From Nemertoderma westbladi (lineage: Eukaryota > Animalia > Xenacoelomorpha): a DNA stretch of 37,193 nucleotides. Below the pieces are notes generated by a model, which worked only from the letters and a program-made list of their open reading frames with translations, was not told the DNA's origin and did not search any database. The stretch covers positions 1-37,193 of the forward strand of contig JAUCBJ010005896.1 of assembly GCA_032718475.1 (NCBI GenBank). Direction: 5' to 3'. The first letter of the stretch is position 1; every line of letters begins with the position of its first letter. The position numbers were made by a program, and so were the translations under genes. Shown here piece after piece: positions 10,299 to 19,427 of the stretch.

Positions 10299-11486
10299 TG
10301 TAAAAGCTTTTGCGGATATAACCAGTCATTTCTCCGCAATGTACCGTGTAGGTGCTTTTAGCGGACATAACAAGCCATTTTTGCCCGTTATGTCTGTATG
10401 CGTGCTTTAGCGGACATAACTAGCCATTCTGCCGCAATTCGCTTAATACTCTAAAAGATGACTCAGATGACGCAATCTGTCAGCTGATTTAATGCCAGCG
10501 TGGAGCTTTTCTTTGTTCTTTGTTCGGCTCACTCGACCAATCAGAGCGATTTTCACTTTGTGTTGACCAGTGCATACAGAAACCCACGCAATTCAGTCAG
10601 TGTGTATCTTTCTAAGCCCAGAACACCGGCTTAGGATTCTTCTGTACTTCTGTGGAAGTTTCAGACTTTGACCTAAACCTCAGAAACATCAGATGGCTTT
10701 GATTAAAGAAACGTAAAACTATTAATGCAGCACACCGCCACATCGCGGCATTATTTTACGCAATTATTTTACACATTACGCAACGCGATTCAACTACACA
10801 TACTGACTGTTCACCGCATTATTTGATTCTGTTATTAATTGGTGTTACTGTGTTATGTTGGTATATATTGCTGATATATTTGGAGAATACCGATGAATAA
10901 TCATAAAACCCTCAATCTCTTTGATTACTAAAGGTTAGAGGAACAGGTTTACCGGTAGCAACTGCGACTTACATTATAGTGGTTTTTGTGTGAATTGAAT
11001 GCTATTTCATAATCCCTACATGTGTCAGTTGCGATCCTCCTTATATATGATCAAATTCAGTGATGGTCGGCAGATCAGTGCGCAGTAGTGTGAACTAGTG
11101 TGAAGTCGTGTGAAGTAGTGTGAAGGTTAATAAAGCATTTCCTAAAGAATGCGCCTTTTACGAAACTCAGTAGCCATCCAGTTGTGATTAGTATAAGTCA
11201 TAACTCTGTTTTATACTTAAAGCGCCACGTCCTAAAGGAACTGTTAATATTTCCCCGAAAGTAAATATATTGTCAGAGATTATATATTAACGATCAATCG
11301 AATAATACAGTAGGTCTACACTGCAATCACTATCAAAGCATCCGAATCCAGTCTCCCTTAACTGTGGGTGAATGGTCGCGTACAGGCTGGCTTCGGCTGA
11401 TGTACCTTCAGTACATTAAATAATTGATATACAAAAAGACACCTAAAATTGGCAGGTAAACTGCTAAAGGTCTAAAAGCGCGAACA
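10299..11486 (+). repeat. 5' LTR of element B (1188 bp)
   Basis: Direct repeat of 21866..23029. By eye about 10 substitutions, one 1-bp indel and one 25-bp indel (10754..10778). Confidence 0.97.
10459..10541 (+). promoter_or_regulatory. Candidate U3 enhancer motifs: AP-1 TGACTCA (10459), TGACGCAA (10468), CCAAT box (10537)
   Basis: Consensus matches. GACCAATCAG and TGACGCAA also occur in LTR C, and TGACGCAA in LTR A (opposite orientation), although U3 is otherwise diverged. Confidence 0.45.
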
Positions 11487-11497
11487 TTAATAGTTTT
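11487..11497 (+). promoter_or_regulatory. Primer-binding-site position of B (TTAATAGTTTT), non-tRNA, complementary to LTR 10715..10725
   Basis: Directly abuts the LTR 3' CA and has no TGG. It is an 11/11 reverse complement of AAAACTATTAA, present in both LTRs. Confidence 0.75.
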
Positions 11498-13070
11498 TAA
11501 ATTCTGATTGCAGCGTAGGCAATAAATATTTTGTCTATTGTTCTGGTAAGAACAATAATAGATTTTTAGATTCTTTATTGCACCGTAGGCAATAAATTCG
11601 AATGTACCGGTCGGACGGTAAACTGTAGGCCTAACTGCCTAAACACCCGAACCGGTACTTACAGGTACAGCAGTATTATTCGATTTTGATAATTATATAC
11701 CAGTAGGTCTTGATATCTAATCAGGGACGCCTGATTTTTATTGGGACTTTACTTATTTCTGTCAGTTTTATTTATTCGTAAGTGTAATGTTGAGCAGAAC
11801 TGCAGAAGGCGTGTAAGCCTGCTCAGATTGTATAAATAATTTGTAGGCTGGATTGTTGTCTGACTGTTGTTAAGTCTGAAGAGATTGCAGTGTGTGTAGA
11901 GTGTATGTCCGATAAAGTGCTAGTTAGGAAGGTAGGGGCATCCAGTGTTGTAAGGTAAATCCCCCCCGAAAGAATAAGTCGTACTACTCGGTTAGAACGC
12001 ATACTAACTAACCATTTCGGAGTCTGCATATACTGTAGTTTATTTAGGCTTGATAGTAGTCTGCCAGCGTTTGGTTTGTATTTTGTTTGTGTAGTCTGTA
12101 CGGGTAGCGTAACATTTATTATTCAGAGTTTATGCGATTATTCGCAACATACACAACCATAAGTTTATTCCTACAGTAATTGTGCTTGTTATACATACCG
12201 ATATAGTTAAATTAACCCCGGTACTACATCAGGGCTGTTTGGCGTAGGTAAAGACTGGTGATTTTATGCTCTAGTCACTCCAGCAGATACCGTGGTTCTT
12301 TTAGCTGTACAAGTATTTTTAACTGCTGGTTATTTGTTGTATAAGTACTTGTACCTAATTTAGGGTTTAGTGTACAGTGCTTTCTGAAGGTAATTAGTTT
12401 GAAGGCAGTATATTTGTGTTGTAAAGTGGTTAATAGGCACGTTAGCTATGGTTGGCTGCGGTAATTAACTTCTAGGTAGGAACACTCCGGGTACATAACG
12501 TAGTACTTATAGAGCTGCAAGCTAGAGACTATAAGTCGTCAGACGGTGGTATTTTCTTATCTAGACAACGCAATATATTTACTACTGCTTAATTATTTTC
12601 AAATACCGTAATATCCTGTCCGTTGTAATAACCAGAAATTCTAACCCCTTGTTAGGCTGGTTTGTAGATTTCTTGTAAAATTACCCCTAAAATTTGTACG
12701 TGTAATTTTTGTGTTTATTTAGAGATTGTAATCTCACCCCTTAATTGTACGTAATTTGTAGTAATAAGTAACTTAGTAAATTAGAATTATTTGTTTTAGT
12801 GTCCAACAAGTGGCACTTCACTGAGAGCGATCAGCTTCTGTGTAGTGACTCCTCACCAGAAATAATAACATTTATTTCAAATATTGTCAAAAACCCATTA
12901 TAAGGGTATATATATATTATAAATCAACTCAAACTGATTTATAAAATAGTAGGCCTGTCATACATCAATTAGGTCTTAATATCAGTTGGACTACTGCTTA
13001 ATAACAGTAATAAAGTAAAGGAAAGTAATCCTAAAATTCAGAAATTCAGTTATTCTAAAATAATTGACAT

Positions 13071-13330
13071 TACCGGTATTTATAGTAGGCTTATTATATT
13101 TATTTCTATAAATTTATGCTGAAATTATATACCGGTATTCTGTAATTAATTCTAGTCTATAATCATACTTATATATACTATAAGTGTAAGTTGTTTACCG
13201 GTACTCACGGTAGGCTTATTATATATATTCCTATATATTTATGCTGAAATTATATACCGGTATTCTGTGACAAACCCTAGTCTGTAATAATACTTATATA
13301 TATACTATAAGTAGGTGTATACCGGTATTC
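13071..13330. repeat. Dimeric ~125-bp AT-rich tandem repeat with TACCGGTA cores (leader of B)
   Basis: Five TACCGGTA cores about 60 bp apart, with two alternating spacer types (…TAGGCTTATTATAT… and …TTCTGT…CTAGTCT…). Confidence 0.85.
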
Positions 13331-13466
13331 TAATATATTATATATATATCACGTTACACTGAGTAATGGTATCGGTAATTAATTACTAGGCTTATAGTTG
13401 ATACTGAATTACTAGACTTGCTTTAACTGTAGTTATAGTAGTAGGCATTCAACTGTACAATCAAAC

Positions 13467-15512
13467 ATGGCTGACACAAAACAAACACCATCAGATAGTC
13501 TCTTTGAAAGTGTTAGAACGAGTGTTAGACAGGGTCTTAAAAAGATCTGGGACTCAGCTAAGAGTATAGAACGTCTGAGACCAAAGTCCAAGTCCCCTCC
13601 TACTGTAAGAAAGGTCATCCCTACAGTAGTAGTGTCAGACCCTAGGCTAGTAGAGCACCATAGGTCTATCATAGGCACTAGGGCTCAAGTCAAGTGGGAC
13701 CAAGAGGCAGCTGTTAAACAGCAGCAACACCCGAGCCGAGAACCTATTTCTCAGCGGTCCGATAGCTCCAGTAGTTCAGATACTGTAGAGTTGACACCCG
13801 AGCGCGGAGCAAAGATGGCAGAAGCAGTTTATTCGGATCCACTTCTCATTCTTCCTGAAGCCGTACTCACTAGAGTATTGATTGCGGTGGAAGAACATCA
13901 AATGGATTGGGCGAGAAGTAAGCGATCGACCAAGGACAGTTATGCGGGATACACGAAGGAGGAACTGAAGTCTATTGTCGAGACGCAATGGAATTTCCCC
14001 AGACCCGGACTCCTATTTAACTTATCGGAAGCTGCCTGGGAGGACTTATACAGGATGGGAGTGACAAAGGACACTAGTGATCCAGCTGTGTGGAAGAGGT
14101 CGGCAGCAGGATATGTACAGGGATTCTTCAGCTCTTTGGAGCGATTAGAGGAACAACTGTTTCAACAACACCAAGGAGCTCAAGAGCAGGGAGATCTGCT
14201 TTATCAAGTTCGAGTAAGAATCCTAAGAATCAGACTACTCCTATCAGCCTTTGAGGAAGCTTCGAAGAGAACCCAAGACACGTTGTTGCAAGTTGCTGTC
14301 AAGACTTGGTTCCAACGGGTGAGTCTCAAGGTTCAAGGAACGACCCAATGGAAAATTCAGCTAACTGAGCGCTCAACCCACGGAGACTCAACAGACGCTA
14401 CCTTTTCTCAAGTGGAATGTGAAGCGACATCAGAGAAACCTCAGAAGAAGGATGCCATTGACATCTATCTGTCAGACTATCAACGATTTATAGGTGACGA
14501 AGAGTTGAGGAGACGGCTGGCTGGACTTAGCCCTAATAGTGAAGGAGCCAAGTTTGTGTTGGACGCATTAGATGCGGAAATGTTAGCTGCGAACCAAGCT
14601 AAATTTGATGAAAGCATCCGCATCGCTAGGGTCCAAGAAGAACAAGTAAAGAAAAAACGTATAGAAGACAGAAAGACAGCAGCAGCGGCAGCGGCAGAGG
14701 CTGAAATAAAAGCGGCAGAAGTGGAAAGAAAAGCGGCAGTGGCAGCGGCAGAAGCGGAAAGAAAAGCGGCAGAAGTGGAAAGAAAAGCGGCAGTGGCAGC
14801 GGCAGAAGCGGAAAGAAAAGCGGCAGAAGTGGAAAGAAAAGCGGCAGTGGCAGCGGCAGAAGCGGAAAGAAAAGCGGCCGAAGCGGAAAGAAAGGTAGCA
14901 GTGGCAGAAGCAGAACGGAGGGCGTCTGAAGAGACCACCCAACTAGAGTTGGAAAATCTTCAAGAGAAGCAAGACTACTTAAATAAACAGATAACAGCTA
15001 GTCAGATGCAGATGATAAGTCGATCTACTCCCAGGAGACAGGGATTTACATCATCTGATGAAGGCAATACAACAGATCCTGAAGGCGGAGGAAATAAATC
15101 TCGTTCCAGCGGACGTAGAAGGGCGCTGCACCGGCAGAAATTGCCTGATTTGCCTCCAGCCGTGAGAAGGCAACTAGCTAGTGTAGATTTGAGTAATCCT
15201 GCGCCTACAGACCAAATTATTAGGGAAGAAAGACTCCCTACTATAGTAGATGAGCCTGAAATAATTAGGCCTGTTCTCGAAGCCTCTCCCTCTGTGATAG
15301 AGACCCCTGTACTTCCAGAACCTAACTCTAAATTCCCTTTGCACAGTACTAAACTACCAGTAAATAAACAGATAACCAGTAGAATAGGCCCTGAATCCGC
15401 CCCAGTCCTGGACGCCGAGCAGGACATCAACGATTTGTTGCCCGTCGTCCCTCGTCTACCCACTACTATGTTGGCGGCTCCCGCTTCGGCGGTCGAGTGG
15501 GTGGATGAGTGA
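13467..15512 (+). CDS. ORF1 of element B, 681 aa; homolog of the N-terminal extension of A's polyprotein; Ala/Glu/Lys coiled-coil repeats
   Basis: Open ORF that aligns with A 6762..4780. The 18-aa unit AAEVERKAAVAAAEAERK occurs three times. No known domain recognised. Confidence 0.85.
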   Translation: MADTKQTPSDSLFESVRTSVRQGLKKIWDSAKSIERLRPKSKSPPTVRKVIPTVVVSDPRLVEHHRSIIGTRAQVKWDQEAAVKQQQHPSREPISQRSDSSSSSDTVELTPERGAKMAEAVYSDPLLILPEAVLTRVLIAVEEHQMDWARSKRSTKDSYAGYTKEELKSIVETQWNFPRPGLLFNLSEAAWEDLYRMGVTKDTSDPAVWKRSAAGYVQGFFSSLERLEEQLFQQHQGAQEQGDLLYQVRVRILRIRLLLSAFEEASKRTQDTLLQVAVKTWFQRVSLKVQGTTQWKIQLTERSTHGDSTDATFSQVECEATSEKPQKKDAIDIYLSDYQRFIGDEELRRRLAGLSPNSEGAKFVLDALDAEMLAANQAKFDESIRIARVQEEQVKKKRIEDRKTAAAAAAEAEIKAAEVERKAAVAAAEAERKAAEVERKAAVAAAEAERKAAEVERKAAVAAAEAERKAAEAERKVAVAEAERRASEETTQLELENLQEKQDYLNKQITASQMQMISRSTPRRQGFTSSDEGNTTDPEGGGNKSRSSGRRRALHRQKLPDLPPAVRRQLASVDLSNPAPTDQIIREERLPTIVDEPEIIRPVLEASPSVIETPVLPEPNSKFPLHSTKLPVNKQITSRIGPESAPVLDAEQDINDLLPVVPRLPTTMLAAPASAVEWVDE

Positions 15513-15520
15513 CGGCGGGG

Positions 15521-17473
15521 ATGGATCTCCTGCTCGGGCAGATGCAGGAGACTGTTCAACAGTTCAAGGGAACAGTAAGGGAAAGTAGGTTAGAGTTGCA
15601 AGAAGTGCAGCAGAGTATCGCGTTAGAATGCGACAAATTAGTAAATACACAAAAGGGTACACCACCGCCCCCTGTAACAATGTGTCAACCTGTTAGGTCT
15701 GAAGTATTTCATGCGCAAGGTGTGGAGCCTACACGCATCTATACTGCTAGTGAAGTAGAAACTCCTATAGTAAACCCTATTAAGGGTAATTATAAACCTG
15801 TTGACAATGATATTCCATATAGACCTGATCATAATCCGAGAAATTTATATACCGATAACTCGATATTAAATAACACGATGGCCCAAGAAAGTTTTACGCG
15901 TCAAATGGCTAGAACCGAAGCCCGTCAAGCGGTAAAAGTGGGAGAGATCGTCAAGTTCAATGGAGATGAGATGAAATGGCTACCTTTTAATGAATATTAC
16001 AAAGATAACATACAGAACTCTGTACTATCTAATGGAGAGAAACTTAGATTCCTCATCGAGTGTTTGGAAGGACCTCCCAAGTTAATGGCGTTAAAGTTTA
16101 TTGGACATCCAGATGGATTAAGACAAGTTTGGGATACACTAAACATCAGGTATGGTAATAGGACAAACATAGCTAGGTATTTGTATGCAAAATTGGTAGC
16201 ACCCCGAAAGTTCCTTAGCAGCGGGATTATAGAGTTTTCCGATGAGATTCAGGAGATCTGTAGACAATTAGACTGGTTGGGTAAGTCTCATGAATACCAG
16301 AATTCCATGGATGTAGGAGCCTTAGCATCAGCTTTACCAAAGAGTGAAGTGGGTACTCGCTGGGACAAAAAGGTTCTCTATTTGATGGACCAACAACATA
16401 GAGATCCAACCATGACGGACCTTCTGTCATTCTTAAACCGAGAGGTAAGATTACAACTCCTAAAACAGTCTAGAGAGATGACTCCTGAAAGTGAGGTAAG
16501 TGAAAAACCAGTTTCTAGGAGAAAGGTAACACCAGTGTGTTATACAGACGATGGCAAAGACCAAACCTCCCACGAGGAGAACAGCGGGAAAGACACCGAA
16601 AGATCTTATTATGTCAACAAAGTACCTAAAGACGTAAGTAAATTTAAGTCTCGAACCAGTGACAGGAGAGAACAGGTAACAACAAATTCTCCTACGTCTC
16701 CTAAAAGAATTCATGGAAGAAAGCCCGAGGAGAGAACAAGTGTGCACAACACCACACAAGGTAAGGTAAGTAACATCAAGCCCAAATGTGTATTGTGTGA
16801 CGGGCCCCATCGCTTGAGTGGGTGTGATGAATTCTTAAAGAAATCCCTAAAGGATAGACGTGATGTCATGTGGGATAAGCGGTTGTGTTATAATTGTCTC
16901 AGACGAGGACACCAACGGCGGACCTGTTACTCAGATGCTAGGTGTGCTAAGTGCGGCGCGAAACATCATATCTTGCTGCACACAGAATTTGAAAGAACCC
17001 GCACGAGTCAGGTAAGTGAGCCCGAACTACATGTCCAATTCAGTGATGTGAACGACACTGACCAAAGTTCTGAGATGGAAGGATTCTACACGGATGAATT
17101 CTCCGACGAAAACGAATCCTGTTATCTAATAAACACCGCAATGTATCGAGCACTTACGTATGAGACTGAAACCGATAGTGAGCTCCCCCTAACTATTCCG
17201 GACCGACAACCATCTCGGAAAGCGCCAACTTCCAACATAGGAATCCGGGAATTTCCCGTAGTGCAGTTGAGAGTCCACGGGTTAAAAAGGAGCTATATAG
17301 TGAACTCCCTCCTTGACTCCGGCAGCACAGGAACCTTCATCGACAAAGAACTAGCCGAAGACATCTTTGCTGGACAACCCAAGTTCCGAACTAAGTTGAA
17401 CCTTTCAGGAATTATGCAGGTTTGGAAATGCTACAGACTACTATGTAGGCGCGTTGTCCACCCCCCAGGATGA
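15521..17473 (+). CDS. gag: Gag of element B with truncated protease
   Basis: DUF1759-like segment (KFNGDEMKWLPF...EKLRFLIECLEG), BEL/Pao triple knuckle (CVLCDGPHRLSGC, CYNCLRRGHQRRTC, CAKCGAKHHILLH), and LLDSGSTG. An ~8-nt deletion near 17430 frameshifts the protease. First ATG is at 15521 (the track starts at GTG 15509). Confidence 0.88.
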   Translation: MDLLLGQMQETVQQFKGTVRESRLELQEVQQSIALECDKLVNTQKGTPPPPVTMCQPVRSEVFHAQGVEPTRIYTASEVETPIVNPIKGNYKPVDNDIPYRPDHNPRNLYTDNSILNNTMAQESFTRQMARTEARQAVKVGEIVKFNGDEMKWLPFNEYYKDNIQNSVLSNGEKLRFLIECLEGPPKLMALKFIGHPDGLRQVWDTLNIRYGNRTNIARYLYAKLVAPRKFLSSGIIEFSDEIQEICRQLDWLGKSHEYQNSMDVGALASALPKSEVGTRWDKKVLYLMDQQHRDPTMTDLLSFLNREVRLQLLKQSREMTPESEVSEKPVSRRKVTPVCYTDDGKDQTSHEENSGKDTERSYYVNKVPKDVSKFKSRTSDRREQVTTNSPTSPKRIHGRKPEERTSVHNTTQGKVSNIKPKCVLCDGPHRLSGCDEFLKKSLKDRRDVMWDKRLCYNCLRRGHQRRTCYSDARCAKCGAKHHILLHTEFERTRTSQVSEPELHVQFSDVNDTDQSSEMEGFYTDEFSDENESCYLINTAMYRALTYETETDSELPLTIPDRQPSRKAPTSNIGIREFPVVQLRVHGLKRSYIVNSLLDSGSTGTFIDKELAEDIFAGQPKFRTKLNLSGIMQVWKCYRLLCRRVVHPPG

Positions 17474-18524
17474 ACTAGGAGAACACAGTATAAGGTCAGT
17501 AAAAATGGTGGCGATAAAGATCTTCGCTACCAGCCAAGTGGAACCTTATAACTGGGATGAAGACGATTTCACCCAGCAGCATGAGATACCTAGATTCAAC
17601 ACCGACTACCCAGGGGTACAGATACTCATCGGCCAAAATGCGCATGAGGCGCTTGTGACATTAGAGAAACGGCCTGCTCGACCGCAACCATTGCAAACCT
17701 ATGCGGGAAGAACAAGAGTAGGTTGGTACTTCACTGGACCTTCCCGTAGGACACTCATGGAAAGGCTACCCAAAGATCAGGCCTATCAGGTGAGTGAATG
17801 GGAAGAAGACATCAGTGAGGGAGAGACAACCACCAACTGAGGGAACACCATACTCCTCAGATAATGACGATATTAACTCTAATGTAGATCAATGGAGACA
17901 TTGCCTTGGACGATTAATCCAGCCGCCATCGCTTCCAGAGGAGCAACCCCTCAAGAACCGATAGATACTCCGGACTGGTTAGGTGGACCCGACTTCCTAA
18001 GTAAAGAAGAAGATGAATGGCCTCCCCATCTTACCACGGCTGAGATCAGACAAGCCAAGGGAGCGGAGAAAGTCAAACCTAAAACCCGGACGAGTAAATC
18101 AAAGTTATTTAAACCCGCGATTGATATGTCTGTACTACACATTTCAGGGGACGACGCTGTGGGTCTAAACTCCCCCGCCACAAATAACTCTGTTGTGGAA
18201 ATCAGAGAAAGAGACTGGAAATCTGGAATACCAGACGTCTCGCAGGGATTCTCACCTCTCCGGCAGGGAGCGATAAACCACTATAGCTCCTGGAATCAGC
18301 TTTGTAAGGCCGTCGTGTATTTGAAGCGATGTTTCTATCGTCACTATTCCAGGACGAAGAGGAAACCTGGAATTGTATTCGAAACACAACAACTCAATCG
18401 CCCAGTTGGTCGTTTATGTTTACTGGAAAGAGACCGAGAACTGTCCGGAAACTATGGAAGGCAAGATACTCTTCCCACGACCACCTCCCTAATCCAACAA
18501 ACATCTAGGGACTCCCCAACGTAA
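17430..18524 (+). pseudogene. pol: pol remnant: protease C-half, RNase H tail, integrase C-terminal tail
   Basis: VQILIGQN sits in a shifted frame. A junction at ~17875 joins A-equivalent ~2375 to ~610, removing RT and most of RNase H. NPADIASRG has become NPAAIASRG. A second junction at ~18358 leads to LNRPVGRLCLLE, which resembles the BEL/Pao integrase C-terminal (DUF5641-type) motif. Confidence 0.88.
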
Positions 18525-19077
18525 CAGCGTCTGGAGTGGGTGTGTGACTATATTATTTTATATTATTTTATATTTGTTTTTATTATTTTATATTTATGTA
18601 TGTATTATTATGTAATTTTATTATAATCGTTTTCTTTAATTTTATTTAGCAGAATGATATTTTAGCGATTATTTAGTAGATTAGTGCAATATATATTAGT
18701 GTTTATTACTTACTTACTTATATTATATTATATATTTAGTGCAACGGCGAGAAATAATTCTTTTTCTCTTTCCTTACTGTCCGTATCATATTATAAATAC
18801 GTGACTACAGTAAGATGAAATGTCCGTACTTATTAAAGTACAATAAAGCTCCTACTATATTCAAGTCTTATTGGTAAGTAGAGTATTAGGAATGCAAAGT
18901 TCAGATCCTCGTGTCTCAGCTAAACCAAGCTCTGGGTAGACCTTGGAAACGACTTGCCTCTTCTCACTGACATTGCTTCTTGCAATATTGCTCTCATACC
19001 GTATATTAAATAATACATATAGTAGCGTGATGTCCCTTTAACAGTAGCATACAACGCAAATAAATCTGTTAAACCCT

Positions 19078-19427
19078 TTGACCATCTGTAATTCTAGTCG
19101 ATTAAGATATCGTGGCACCCACCGATATACTTGAAAGACAAAATTCTAGAATCAGTGGTTAACGTCCCCAGACAAGTTCTGGAATAAACCGGTGCCCATC
19201 TTAAATATTAACTATTAATATTTATAAAATCTGTCAAACAAATACAATAGAGTAAATACTTACAAGTTAACTCTAGAAAATCTATAAATTAAAATCTGTT
19301 AAATTTTAGATCCTTTAAAATTCTAGTCGATTAAGATATCGTAGCACTTACCGATACTCTTAAAAGGACAAATTTCCTAGAATCAAGGATCCCAGTCCCC
19401 AGACATGCTCTGGAATAAAATTGTGCT
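19078..19427 (+). ncRNA. Two copies (19078..19196, 19309..19427) of a 119-nt structured RNA motif
   Basis: Diverged direct repeat with compensatory changes in the basal stem and in a loop-to-downstream pairing (see findings). Confidence 0.6.

Noticed and set aside
11877-11895. CTGAAGA as a hammerhead ribozyme core in the leader of B
   Set aside because: No matching stem II/GAAA, and element A has CCGAACG at the same position.
11823-12029. Antisense 68-aa ORF in the leader of B (MQTPKWL...)
   Set aside because: A has the same start (8254) but an indel breaks the frame; conservation is better explained at the nucleotide level.
12522-12536. AGAGACTA resembling the group I intron R element
   Set aside because: Not conserved in A, and no P, Q or S elements found.
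13071-13330. Regularly spaced TACCGGTA as a CRISPR-like array
   Set aside because: Eukaryotic context, an 8-bp core only, and spacers that are themselves repeats. The same palindrome occurs in unrelated parts of the window.
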